Shown here one piece after another: positions 38,001 through 50,610 of a stretch of 64,000 nt of DNA. How positions within the stretch are numbered: the stretch's first letter is position 1; each line of letters starts with the position of its first letter. Position numbers and translations under genes: made by a program. The DNA is from Mobula hypostoma (Eukaryota). The stretch is taken from assembly GCF_963921235.1 (NCBI RefSeq), contig NC_086097.1, positions 255,566,001 through 255,630,000 of the forward strand, read 5' to 3'. Under the pieces are notes generated by a model, which was not told the DNA's origin, did no database searches, and was given only the letters and a program-made list of their open reading frames with translations.

Positions 38001-39415
38001 AGTGTGGTGAATTTGTGGGATTTATTACCATAAACAGCTACGGAGGTCAGGTCATTGGGTGTATTTAAGGCAGAGCTTGATAGGTTCTTCACTTGACACA
38101 GCATCAAAGGTTACAGAGAGAAAGCCGGGGAGTGGGGCTGAGGAGGGGGAAAAAAAAGGATCAGCCATGATTGAATGGTGGAGCAAACTCAACAGACCAA
38201 ATGGCCGAATTCTGCTCCCATGTCTTATGGTCCTATAGAATAGGCTGATGTGCTGGAACATGCTGACGTTAAGAAAGACGAATTGCTGGATAGACAAGTC
38301 CTGGGTCAGACAGGATCTACGCCAGGTTACTACAGGAAGTTAAGGAAGGGACTGCCATGACATTGGCAATTATCTTTTGTGTACTGCCAGAGGATTGTAA
38401 GGTGGCAAATGTTTAGTTATTTATTCAAGGAAAGGAAAAGGGACAACCCTATTGAAGTGAGTCTTACTTCAGTCGTGAGCAAATTATTGAAGAATCGCTG
38501 AAGCAAACATTTGTAAAAGCATAGATCAGATTAGCCTGACGGCTAACCTCCAGACAAGATCACTCTCAGGATCTCAAAAACTCACAAGCCTCTCCATCAG
38601 GACAAGGTGATGGTCCTTGGAGATGCGGTTACTGGCCTCTTCAGCCCCCTGACAACCCACTAATAGAACATCATATTCTATTCCAGTGATCGCACTACCC
38701 ACCTAATCTGATCTGTGAAGGGCAGGTCATGCCTCAAGCCTGATTGAATTATTTGAGAAAGTGACAAAACAATCATTGAAAGCAGAGCAGTAGATGTGGT
38801 GTACATGGATTTTTGTAAGGCATTTGATAAGGATACCCATGGTAGGCTCATTCAGAAAATCAGGAGGCATAGGATCCAGGGAAACTTCACTGCATGGATT
38901 CACAATTAGGTAGTAAATAAAAGGAACAGAGCAATCTTGGGGTTTATGTCCAGAGACCCATCAAACGTGCCACACAAGTTGATAGGGTGGTCAAGGAGGC
39001 ATATGGTGTGGGGATTGAGTAATGTTGCAGCTCATTAAAATCCTGGTTAGACCACATTTGAAATATGTATTCAGTCTGGTCGCTTTATTATAGGAAGGAT
39101 GTGGAAGCTTCAGAGGCAGCAGAGGAAATTTACCAGAATAATGCCTGCATTAGAGAGAATACCTTCTGGGGATAGGTTGAGCAAGTAGAGCTTTTCTCTT
39201 TGGAGAACAGGTGAGAGGTGATTTGATGATAAAAAAAAACACCAATCAAGTGGTGTGCCACAGACTTCTTTACAAGGTGAATATGGCTAATACAAGGAGG
39301 CATAGCTTTGAGGTGCTAGATGAAAGTGGGGGGGGGGGGAAGAGAGGGGTGTCGGAGGCAATTTTTTTTTCAAAAAGCACAGTAGGTATGTGGAGTACGC
39401 TGCCGGGGTGGTAAG
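35040..39415 (+). mobile_element. Tandem and nested decayed CR1 fragments, including a younger insert at about 36298-36762
   Basis: RT peptides in ORFs 36270..36611, 36642..36962, 37169..37456 and 37505..37798; several TCTTATGG tails. Confidence 0.8.
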
Positions 39416-40954
39416 TATAAGCAAATGTTCATTGATTCAACCAGACACCATCTGTAACTCCTTCCCATAGCATTCTTCAAGCTAAGGAAGGAAGAAATTC
39501 CACACTTATCATGTGGAATAATTACTAAACTTAAAAGATGGCATTTGCCCTCATGATCTCATTAATGTAATGTTCGGGAAACTAAACGTGGATCCAGTGA
39601 ATTAATGCAACACTTCTACTCAGCCTGCCTGCATAATCCACAACCTTCCAAATTCGCATCACACGAATTATGCACCCAACTCCTACTTTGAAACAGTTTA
39701 ATCCACGTTCATACTGTAAAAGTACAACTTCCACACAGACATTTGCTTCTGGACTTATCCCTAATTTGAACCATCAGGTCACTGACCCAAAGCATTTACA
39801 TTATTTCATTAGATACTGTATTTTCAGCACCTCTTTGCCCAAATGTATTTTAACATTTTTTCCAAATGAACTAATTTCAACCGTCTATCAGCAAGCTTTC
39901 TCCTGCTCTCCAGATACAATATCTCCCTCAGACACTTCTCCTTACTCCCTGCCATTCAACATCTACAGTAACGAGATTGAAATGAGTCCTTCACCACAGT
40001 CTGCTTCTCTGTGATCTTAGAACTTCCTTTCTGCTCTATTTCCTTTCTCTGGAACCCAAACCTAAGCCACTATCACTTGACCCCAAATATGAATTCTCTC
40101 TCCAAAGACACTGACTGTAACATTCCCAGAAACTAGTTTATTTCATTTAAAAATCATTTTTGTTTCATTTAATTTTGTAATCGACTATATTCCCTTGATG
40201 CACAGTTGTAATTTTCACACTTGTTTCTTCTTAAAACCCCAATCTGAAATCTACACCAAGAGTAGGAAAAAAAACACCAAAGATGTTTAACATGTGGAAA
40301 ACGTGGTCCTACATTTGGCATGAACCAAGATTTCACTCACACTCCCAATTTTTTTTTTTTTTAAAATCCCATTCACATGGGGCAGCAATCAAAATGCATT
40401 AAAACAAACTGCCCATCAACATGAGGCAATTATGTAAAACTATCTTGTGAATGTGGTATTAAATTGGACCTAAATTTACAGAATAATTATTTATCACATA
40501 AGTGCTTTCTTACAGTGAAAACACGTTTTGCACAAAGGCAAAAGCATGATAAAGGAAGTGGAATTCATTCCACAATCTCCATAAATTTGCCACTGATATC
40601 CACTTCCAGACAACTATAAAATAATTTGCAGGCATATTCATGAGACAGAATAACATTTACTATTTCACCGTTAGCTCCATACTATTTTATCCTGTACTTT
40701 CAAAGGACAGAATTAGTAATTTCACATTGTTATTTAGATAAAAACATGTCCCCAGTCTTCTCAATTTAGAAGATGGAAGGAATTAAAGCTACGGGATTCA
40801 AAGTAATCAGTGATGCATTATGTGTTTCAAGGCAAGGTATGTACTGAATGGGGAAAGCCACATCACCATACCCTACGATACCGCAGGTCGACTGGGAAAA
40901 TCAGGTTGGTAATGGATCTCAAGAAAGTTAGTTTGTTGAATGTCTAAGAGATAG

Positions 40955-41795
40955 AACCATGGACACTACAGCACAGAAACAGGCCTTTTGGCCCTTCTTG
41001 GCTGTGCCGAACCATTTTCTGCCTATTCCCACTGACCTGCACACGGACCATATCCCTCCATACACCTCCCATCCATGTATCTGTCCAATTTATTCTTAAA
41101 TGTTAAAAAAGAACCTGCATTTACCACCTCGTCCAGCAGCTCATTCCATACTCCCACCACTCTGTGTGAAGAAGCCCCCACTTATGTTCCCTTTAAACTT
41201 TTCCCCCCTCACCCTTAACCCATGTCCTCTGGTTTTTTTCTCCCCTTGCCTCAGTGGAAAAAGCCTGCTTGCATTCACTCTATCTATACCCATCATAATT
41301 TTATATACCTCTATCAAATCTCCCTTCATTCTTCTATGCTCCAGGGAATAAAGTCCTAACCTATTCAACCTTTCTCTGTAACTGAGTTTCTCAAGTCCCG
41401 GCAACAACCTTGTAAACCTTCTCTGCACTCTTTCAACCTTATTTATATCCTTCTTGTAATTTGGTGACCAAAACTGAACACAATACTCCAGAACAACAGG
41501 AATTCTCCAGATGCTGGAAATTCAAGCAACACACATCAAAGTTGCTGGTGAACGCAGCAGGCCAGGCAGCATCTGTAGGAAGAGGTGCAGTCGACAATAC
41601 TCCAGATTCGGCCTCACCAATGCCTTATACAACCTCATCAGAACATTCCAGCTCTTATACTCAATACTTCGATTAATAAAGGCCAATGTACCAAAAGCTC
41701 TCTTTACCACCCTATCTACCTGTGACGCCACTTTTAGGGAATTTTGTATCTGTATTCCCAGATCCCTCTGTTCCACTGCACTCCTCAGTGCCTTA
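40955..41795 (-). mobile_element. 5'-truncated CR1 (same subfamily as 36298-36762), nested in a plus-strand CR1 endonuclease fragment at 40800-42310
   Basis: ORFs 41141..41428 and 41522..41890. Near-identical reverse complement of 36300-36760. Confidence 0.85.
41493..41593 (-). mobile_element. Short Penelope-like insertion inside a CR1
   Basis: 13-bp TSD ACAATACTCCAGA (41480-41492 and 41594-41606). Same sequence family as 27136-27291. Confidence 0.75.
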
Positions 41796-43010
41796 AGATT
41801 TTTAAAGCAGTATGTCATTGAGCCTGCTACGGGATCAGTTAAACTGGAGGCAATTAGTGAGATTAAGGTAAAAGAACCCTTAGGAACCAATGATCACAAT
41901 ATGATTGAGTTCGACTTGAAATTTGACAGGGAGAAAGCAAGTCTAATGTAGCAGTATTTCAGTAGATTAAGGGAAATTACAGTGGTATGAGAGAGGAGCT
42001 GGCCAAAGTAAATTGGAAGGAGCTGCTGGCAGGGATGTCAGCAGAGCAGCAATGGCGTGCGTTTCTGGGAAAAATGAGGGAGGTGACAAGGGAAGTCACA
42101 GCTATTGTAATAGCATAAGGAAGGGCATACAACAAAACAAAATTTAAGAGGGAAGACAGAGGATTGGGAAGTTATTAAAACATGCTGAAACCAACTAAAA
42201 AATATTAGAAGGGAAAAAATTTAAATCAGAAAGCAAGCTAGCAAATAATATCAAAGTGGACACTAAAAGCTTTTTCAAGTATCTTAAAAATAAAAGAGAA
42301 ATGAGAGGGAATATAGACACTAGACAATAGGTACAGGAGTAGGACATTCGGCCCTTCAAGCCAGCACCGCCATTCACTGTGATCATGGCTGATCATCCAC
42401 AATCAGTATCCAGTTCCTGCCTTATCCCCATAACCTTTGATTCCACTAACTTTAAGAGCTCTATCCATCTCTTTCTTGAAAACATCCAGAGACTTGGCCT
42501 CCACTGCCTTCTGGGGCAGAGAATTCCGTATATCCACTACTCTCTGGGTGAAAAAGTTTTTCCTCAACTCTGTTCTAAATGGCCTATCCCTTATTCTTAA
42601 ACTGTGGCCTCTGGTTCTGGACACATCCGTCAGCGGGAACATGCTTCCTGCCTCCAGCGTGTCCAATCCCTTAATAATCTTATAGAGATTATTATAGATA
42701 TAGAGACCTCAGTGCCGTAAACGTGCAGACTATTTTCTAAGTGGGGAGAAAAACCAGGAGTCTGAGATGCAGAGGGATTTGGGAGTCATTTCAAGAAGTC
42801 TAGAATACAAGAGCAAGGATGTGATGCTTAGGTTTTATAAGGCACCGTCGACAGTTTTGGACCCCTCAACTTAGAAAAGATGTGCTGGCATTGGAGAGGG
42901 TCCAGAGGAGGTTCACAAAGATGATTCCAGGAATGAAAGGGTTATCATAGGAGGAACATTTGATGGCTCTGGGCCTGTACTCGCTGGAATTCAGAAGGAT
43001 GACGGGGGAC

Positions 43011-45250
43011 ATAGAACATACAACATAGAATAGTACAGCACATTACAGGTCCTTCAGCCCACAATGTTGTGCTGACCTTCAAATTCTGCCTCCCATATAA
43101 CACCCCACCTTAAATTCTTCCATATACCTGTCTAGTAGTCTCTTAAACTTCACAAGTGTATCTGCCTCCACCACTGACTCAGGCAGTGCATTCCACGCAC
43201 CAACCACTCTGAGTAAAAAACCTTGCTCTAATATCTCCCTTGAACTTCCCACCCCTTACCTTAAAGCCATGTCCTCTTGTACTGAGCAGTGGTGCCCTGG
43301 GAAGAGGCGATGGCTATCCACTCTATCTATTCCTCTTATTATCTTGTACACCTCTATCATGTCTCCTCTCATCCTCCTTCTCTCCAAAGAGTAAAGCCCT
43401 AGCTCCCTTAATCTCTGATCATAATGCATATTCTCTAAACCAAGCAGCATCTTGGTAAATCTCCTCTGTACCCTTTCCAATGCTTCCACATCCTTCCTAT
43501 AGTGAGGCAACCAGAACTGGACACAGTACTCCAAGTGTGGCCTAACCATTGTTTTATAGAGCTGCATCATTACATCGCGACTCTTAAACTCTATCCCTCG
43601 TCTTATGAAAGCTAACACCCCATAAGCTCTCTTAACTACTCCATCTACCTATGAGGCAACTTTCAGGGATCTGTGGACACGTACCCCCAGATCCCTCTGC
43701 TCCTCCACATTACCAAGTATCCTACCATTTACTTTGTACTTTGCCTTGGAGTTTGTCCTTCTAAAGTGTACCACCTCACACTTCTCCAGGTTGAACTCCA
43801 TCTGCCTCTTCTCAGCCCACTTCTGCATCCTATTAATGTCTCTCTGCAGTCTTCGACAATCCTCTACACTATCCACAACACCACCGAGCTTTGTGTCATC
43901 TGCAAACTTGCCAGCCCACCTTTCTACCCCCATATCCAGGTCGTTAATAAAAATCACGAAAAGTAGAGGTCCCAGAACAGATCCTTATGGGACACCACTA
44001 GTCACAATCCTCCAATCTGAATGTACTCCCTCCACCACCACCCTCTGCCTTCTGCAGGCAAGCCAATTCTGAATCCACCTGGCCAAACTTCCCTAGATCC
44101 CATGGCTTCTGACTTTCTGAATAAGCCTACCATGTGGAACCTTGTCAAATGCCTTACTAAAATCCATATAGATCACATCCACTGCACTACCCTCTATATG
44201 CCTGGTCACCCCCTCAAAGAACTCTATCAGACGTGTTAGACACGATCTGCCCTTCACAAAGCCATGCTGACTGTCCCTGATCAGACCATGATTCTCTAAA
44301 TGCCCAGAGATCCTATCTCTAAGCATCTTTTCCGACAGCTTTCCCACCACAGACGCAAGGTTCACTGGTCTATAATTACTCAAACTATCCCTACTACCTT
44401 TTTTGAACAAGGGGACAATATTCACCTCCCTCCAATCCTCCGGTACCATTCCCATGGACAATGAGGACATAAAGATCCTAGCCAGAGGCTCAGCAATCTC
44501 TTCCCTCACCTCATGGAGTAGCCTGGGGAATATTCCGTCAGGCCCTGGGAACTTATCCGTCCTAATGTACTTTAACAACTCCAATGCCTCCTCTCCCTTA
44601 ATATCAACATGCTCCAGAACATCAACCTCACTCATATAGACCTCACCATCAAGTTCCCTCTCACTGGTGAATACCAAAGAGAAGTATTCATTGAGGACCT
44701 CGCTCACTTCCACAGCCTCCAGGCACACCTTCCCACCTTTATCTCTGATCAGTCCTACCTTCACTCCTGTCATCCTTTTGTTCTTCACATAATTGAAGAA
44801 TGCCTTGGGGTTTTCCTTTACCCTACTCTTCAAGGCCTTCTCATGCCCCCTTCTTGCTCTTCTCAGCCCCTTCTTAAGCTCCTTTTTTGCTTCCCTATAT
44901 TCCTCAATAGACCCATCTGATCCTTGCTTCCTAAACCCCAAGTATGCTGCCTTCTTCCACCTGACTAGATTTTCCACCTCACTTGTCACCCATGGTTCCT
45001 TCACCCTACCATCCTTTATCTTCCTCACCGGGACAAATTTATCCCTAACATCCTGCAAGAGATCTCTAAACATCGACCACATGTCCATAGTACACTTCCC
45101 TGCAAAAACATCATCCCAATTCACACTCATAAGTTCTAGCCTTATAGCCTCATAACTTGCCCTTCCCCAATTAAATTTTCCTGTCCTCTCTGATTCTATC
45201 CTTTTCCATGATAATGCTAAAGGCCAGGGAGCGGTGGTCACTGTCCCCCA
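43011..45250 (-). mobile_element. 5'-truncated CR1 (same subfamily as 15395-17325), inserted into a plus-strand CR1 3' part at 42725-45645
   Basis: ORFs 44093..45241 (382 aa), 43649..43957 and 43256..43618, broken by point stops. Confidence 0.93.
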
Positions 45251-45754
45251 TTGAATCTCATTGAAACCTTTTGAATGTTTAAAGGCCTAGATGGAGTAGA
45301 TGTGGAAAGGATGTTTCCCCTGGTGGAAGAGTCTAGGACAAGAGGGCACAGCCTCAGGATAGAGGGACGCCCTTTCAAAACAGAGATGTAGTGAAGTTTC
45401 TTTATCCAAAAGGTGGTGTATTTGTGGAACTTGTTGCCACATGCAGCTGTGGAGGCCAGGTCGTTGGGTGTATTTAAGGCAGAGATGGGTAGGTTCTTGA
45501 TTTGACATGGCATCAAAGGTTACGGGGAGAAGGCCGGGAAATAGGGTTGAAGAGGAGATATTAAAAAAAAGGATCAGCCATGATTGAATGGCAGAGCAGA
45601 CTCGATGTGCCAGATGGCCTAATTCTGCTCCTATGTCTTATGGTCTAGTACATTTGTTTTTAATTAACACAAAGCCATGTTGCAACATCATAAATATGCC
45701 ATTTCCAGGAACCAGCAACAATTGAGTTCAGAAGGAAAGGCACTACTTCCTCAC

Positions 45755-45879
45755 CATTTTTTGGTAGAATAACTTCTTCCACATTGGGTACAGGTGTAGG
45801 GTCCTCCATGTCTTTTGTAAGATCCTCCTGCTCCTCTTCGTCTCGCTGCCCTCTTCGCTTCACATATGGAGTGGGCTGC
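45755..45879 (-). CDS. SMARCC1: SMARCC1 coding exon (125 nt), (G)[41 protein letters not shown](V)
   Basis: Acceptor catag|GCAG, donor AATG|gtgagg, phase 2 to 1. [17 protein letters not shown] is a SMARCC1 signature. Confidence 0.93.
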
Positions 45880-46159
45880 CTATGTGTCACAGATTCATGA
45901 AAGACAGCTCAAATTTGTTTCCAAATACCAAATGAACATAAGAACATAAACAGAAACAGGAGTAGGCCACCCGGCCCATCGAGCCTGCCCCGCATCCAAT
46001 AAGATCATGGCTGATATGTCCGTAAACTCAGCTCCATCTACCTGTCTTTTCCCCATAATCCTCAATTCCCTTACTATGTTAAAAACCTATCTACCCATTT
46101 CTTAAATATACGTAGTGAGGAAACCTCAACTGCTTCCCTGGGCAGAGAATTCCAAAATG

Positions 46160-46424
46160 ATTAAAAAGTGTTATTAAAGGAAAGGTGATGTAACACAATG
46201 GTAAACATGCCTCTGCCCCAACTTTTGTTGAGTGTGTTGCAGCCATCAAATTCTAAATTTGTGTATGTTTACAAAATACAATTAAGTTGGTCAGTAAGAC
46301 TATTGAAAATCTTTTCTTTGTACTTTTGTCAGTTAAATAAAGGTTCACGTGAATTAACTTATTACAGATTTTTGTTTTTATTGCATTTTGGAAAATATCC
46401 CAACTTTTCTGGAAATGGGGTTTG
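46160..46424. mobile_element. Tc1/mariner terminal fragment
   Basis: Reverse complement reads TA|CAAACCCCATTTCCAGAAAAGTTGGGA, with an inner repeat CCCAACTTTT near 46217. Confidence 0.65.
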
Positions 46425-47110
46425 TACATGTTCGGCATAGCATTGTGGGCCGCAGGGCCTGTGTTGTACTGTAGGTTTTCTATGTTTCTACTTTTCCAAA
46501 GAAAGAGATGACAATTGGTCTGAGGTTGAGATGTGATCTAACCAAATGTTTTTATGGCTATGTTTCCCAATCCATCTGATTTATTCCAGTCACCAAATAC
46601 AAAGAAGCATTTCAAACAGGCATTCTCATTACTCTAACTGCATATATTAACCTCTAATTCAACTGACTTGATTTTCTGTCACCATTCTACAGACACCATC
46701 ATTTGAAGGTTATATTGCTATGCAAGCATACAAGACTATCCCAGCATTGAAGTCACTGATAAACATGGGAACAGTTGTACCCCAATCCAGATTTTCACAG
46801 GATTCCACTCAACATGTCTGCCAATTTCAGTTCCTGACCATTATTATTACCCTCTTTTCCAAGTCAGTTAAAAAGCAGAATTGATGAGATCCAGAAATAC
46901 CAATTCTTTAGATGAGCATTAAGGTGGGTAAATCGCCACAAAAAGGGTAGATGGTGAGAGAATTCTTCCTGGATGGAAAAATCAAACACTAGATGGCATT
47001 GCTTTACAATGAGGGGGAAATAAATATCAATATATATTTTTTAAAAATATTATATATATATATATGATTTGAAGGATATAGACAATGTGCAGATTAAATT
47101 GGCATTACGG

Positions 47111-47994
47111 TGTTACGAGAATACACATAAAATTAAGATGTTTGCTGGCCTTGGGCTAGCATCAGTGGCATCAGCAGTTGGTCTGCCACCTGCCCTCAGG
47201 GGAAGGAGAGATAAGGAACAACGGAGCAGCGTCTGGAGATGTGTAATGAAGGGATGTGGGAGAGAGAGCTGTCTGGAGCGGCTCCCCCCCCTTTGAACCC
47301 TGAACTGTTTGAAGTGATGGACAGGCGATACCCCAGCAGGGGGATAAAAAGGGACAGGTTCGCTAAGACAGACACACACGCCACCCGAGGTAACAAGACC
47401 CTGGAAGCGGTGCGCCTCTCACGAGTGGGTGAGAAGTGCCAGACAACGACAAGGGTGGAAAGGTACGATCAGCGGGAACCCGGTGTGTGTCCGCCCTTGC
47501 CTGGGTGCTGGGTTCACTGCAGAGAATCGACCGCATCTGGAGGAGGGGTCACAGTCGGTGACCTCAGGTGACATCACCAAGGACCCGCCCAAAAGCTGTT
47601 TGTGAGCCATCTCGCTGGTCTGTGAGCCATCTTGCTGGTCTGTGAGTGAAGCAGTGTTCTGAATGATCAGTTGTTCCTATTCTATCTCTCTCTTCCCCCA
47701 CGTTGTCCATCGCCATGGCAACGATTACTGCGAACTGAACTACTAACTGGACTGAACTTTGAGTCATTTTGAAATTGGTCATTTACCCCTAGACAACGAT
47801 AGAGCTTGATTGATGCTGTTATCTTAATGCTGTGCACATGTGTGTTTATCATCACTGAACTGTTGCATTTATTATCCTTTCGATTACTGTGTTGCTTGTT
47901 TCTTTAATAAAACTTTCTTAGTTCTAGTACTCCAGACTCCAACTGAGTGATCCATTTCTGCTGGTTTGGCAACCCAGTTACGGGGTACGTAACA
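47111..47994 (+). mobile_element. Solo LTR (884 bp), same family as 12508-13367
   Basis: TGTTACG...CGTAACA perfect 7-bp terminal inverted repeat; 4-bp TSD ACGG (47107-47110 and 47995-47998). Confidence 0.92.
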
Positions 47995-48858
47995 ACGGTT
48001 ACTCTCACCTTTAATCAAATGCCTTGTAATCGTCAGTACAGTAACATGTAATAATACAATAAAAGATGTTCTTCCCACAATTATTTGGAGAAAAAATTTG
48101 TAATATCTGGGCTCAAATTGCACTCTTGAACTGAAAGACCAAATACATTGAACAATCAGCTGAAGGAACTCGGTGGGTCTAGCAGTGACTATGGAAGGGG
48201 TGGGGGATGAAAGTCTGCATTCAACTATGGTACTTCCTTACTACCATTCAAAATAAAACATTAAATGACCAACATCCATGATGGCGTTATTCTAAGTTAA
48301 ATGAACACCAACAAAGCAGACAATTCATCACCCTCTGGTTTAAGTTGTTATACTCAAAGAAACTAAGAGCAATTAAAGCTCTAATCCAGTCAATATTGCT
48401 TATGACAACCCAGCTGAAAGTTTTAACCAAATACTTCCGAGCAAAACATTATTCAGAAGAAAAAAAATCACATGAAGTATTAGTCCTGTTAAGTATTTGA
48501 CCTATTCTCATAAGATCAAATTCTGATTTCAAACTCTGCTTGCAAAACATTTTGTGCAGCAACAAATTTTCCAAAGTAATGCATCAATGCTTTGCTCATC
48601 AGGCACTTTGGTTTTGAGCTGAAGGTTCATATCTGCTGTCATTTAATTTACGAACAAATCTTCCTGAAGTCTCACAGCATTCTGGACAACTTGCTTAGCA
48701 TTGTCTGGACCAAATAGATTGATGTTCAAGTCAATAATGCAATTATACAAAAACACAGCAGCTGACAAATAGGGTACAATTCTTGTTTCTTGCTGTGTAG
48801 TTGTCAAACTGAACACAATCCCTGTGACCTACATTCGTGAAGGAAAAACTTTATTTAC

Positions 48859-48983
48859 CCTTTCTTTCCTGTCTTCTTCCGGGACTCAACTGGTGTCTGT
48901 ATTGGCGAAGGGGAACGGGATCTTTTCCTCTTCTTTGCCCCAGTTGCTGATTTTCTATCCTTTCTATCTGGTGTACGTGAAGC
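48859..48983 (-). CDS. SMARCC1: SMARCC1 coding exon (125 nt), ASRTPDRKDRKSATGAKKRKRSRSPSPIQTPVESRKKTGKK(G)
   Basis: Acceptor caactag|GCT, donor AAAGG|gtaaat, phase 0 to 2. Peptide aligns with the basic linker of BAF155 (recalled human PVRSPERRDRK...ESRKKSGKKG). Confidence 0.9.
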
Positions 48984-50610
48984 CTAGTTGTAAAGTTAAA
49001 TATGCATGCCATGAAAATAAGTATTCACACTCACCACACAAAGTATTAGTAGAGATATCAATTAGACACAGGTCCACAGGGATCAAAATCAGATTCAAAT
49101 GTTGCACTATTCTCTTTCCAAATATACTTTGCCTGTCATGATCCTCAATATCCTCAAGATATGTCACCAATCACTTACAGATGAGCAGAAATAGATGCAT
49201 TAGCCCAGTTCATCCATGCCATCATTTGGTCCACATCCCCTCCAACCTTTCTCTAATCAAGGTACCCATCTAAGCAGTTATTGCCCCACTTCTACCACGT
49301 CATCTGGCAGTGCATTCTGTAAATGCACCATCCTGTGTGGAAAAAGTTGCCTGTCAAGTATCCTAAAAATCTTTCACTCTCACCTTAAGCCCAAGAATGT
49401 TCTATTCAGGGAAAGACAAAGAAATGTTTGCGTAAAGAAATGATTCTACCAGTTTTAAAAAAAGAACAGAACTATTTATTTGCCAGGACCCTGGAGAAGT
49501 TCCCTTCTCCTTTAGAAACTTCAACCTAATGATTGCACAAGAGGAACTTTCGGAAGAAATGTGATCACCCAGGCTGAATGTTTGTCATTTACACACATGA
49601 TCAAGCTCCAGTTTATTGAATGTTCTACTGGCTGATGTACGTTCTCCAGAACATCTTCCTCCACAAATCCCCAAGTGTACAACAAGCCACATCCAGAAGA
49701 GTTAAAAGTTTAAGACAGCAGCAGTGAACATGAGGCAAAATAATCAAAGTGAACTGTTAATCTGGTTTCTTACTGTCACATGTACTGACCTATAAGGATA
49801 AAGGTCACAATAGGTAGACATAGGTCAACAGTCCATCTCATTATACGAGAGGACTGTTGCAAGATAATTGGGAAAAACAAGGATCAAAAGTCCATCTTAT
49901 TGAACCAGCTGATCATTGAAAGGTGATTGGGAAAAACAAGGACAGATATCACATTGAATGTTCAAGGGGTTATTTATTAGGCTAAGCAGTTAATGAATTG
50001 TAAAGCAACTTAAACCCAGTTACAGAAAAGGCTGTGCAGGAAAACAACTCAATCTTATCAAACTGTTTCAACAAAAGTGTGCTGATGACAGGGACACAAA
50101 AGCTCCCAAATACCTCAGCACAATATCTGCTTCACGTTTTTGTAACTAAAACACTAATGTCCTAACCCATTCAAAGGATTCAGGCTTTATACTCTTGCAC
50201 ATCTGAGTCAATACATCATAAATGGAGACCAACATACCAATTATACATTTATTTCCATTTAAAAGCTAATAAATACTGTAGTGGGTATACCTGAAATGCT
50301 ACTTCATGGCCACATGCCAAATTTAGGTGCTACGTCAAAAAGGCAAGGATAACGATTTAGGGAATCTTGGTTTTCGAGAGACACTGAGGCCCTGGATAAG
50401 GAAGAGGTGCATAGTATGTATAGGCAGGGAGGATCAAATGAGATACTTGAGTAAAAGAAATGCAAGAGAAAACTTAAGAAAATCAGGAGGGCTAAGGTTC
50501 AAGGTTATCCTAGCAGACAAGATGAAGGAGAATTCCAAAGGCTTCTTCAAACACATTAAGAGCAAAAGGATTACAAGGGACAAAATTAGTGTTCTTGAAA
50601 ATTAGTGGTC

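Noticed and set aside
12508..47994. One giant LTR element bounded by the two similar LTRs
   Set aside because: Each LTR has its own matching 4-bp TSD, and host exons lie between them.
49830..49942. Degenerate ~59-bp tandem duplication (ATTGGGAAAAACAAGGA twice) as a CRISPR-like or regulatory array
   Set aside because: Only two units, in a vertebrate intron next to a LINE tail remnant.
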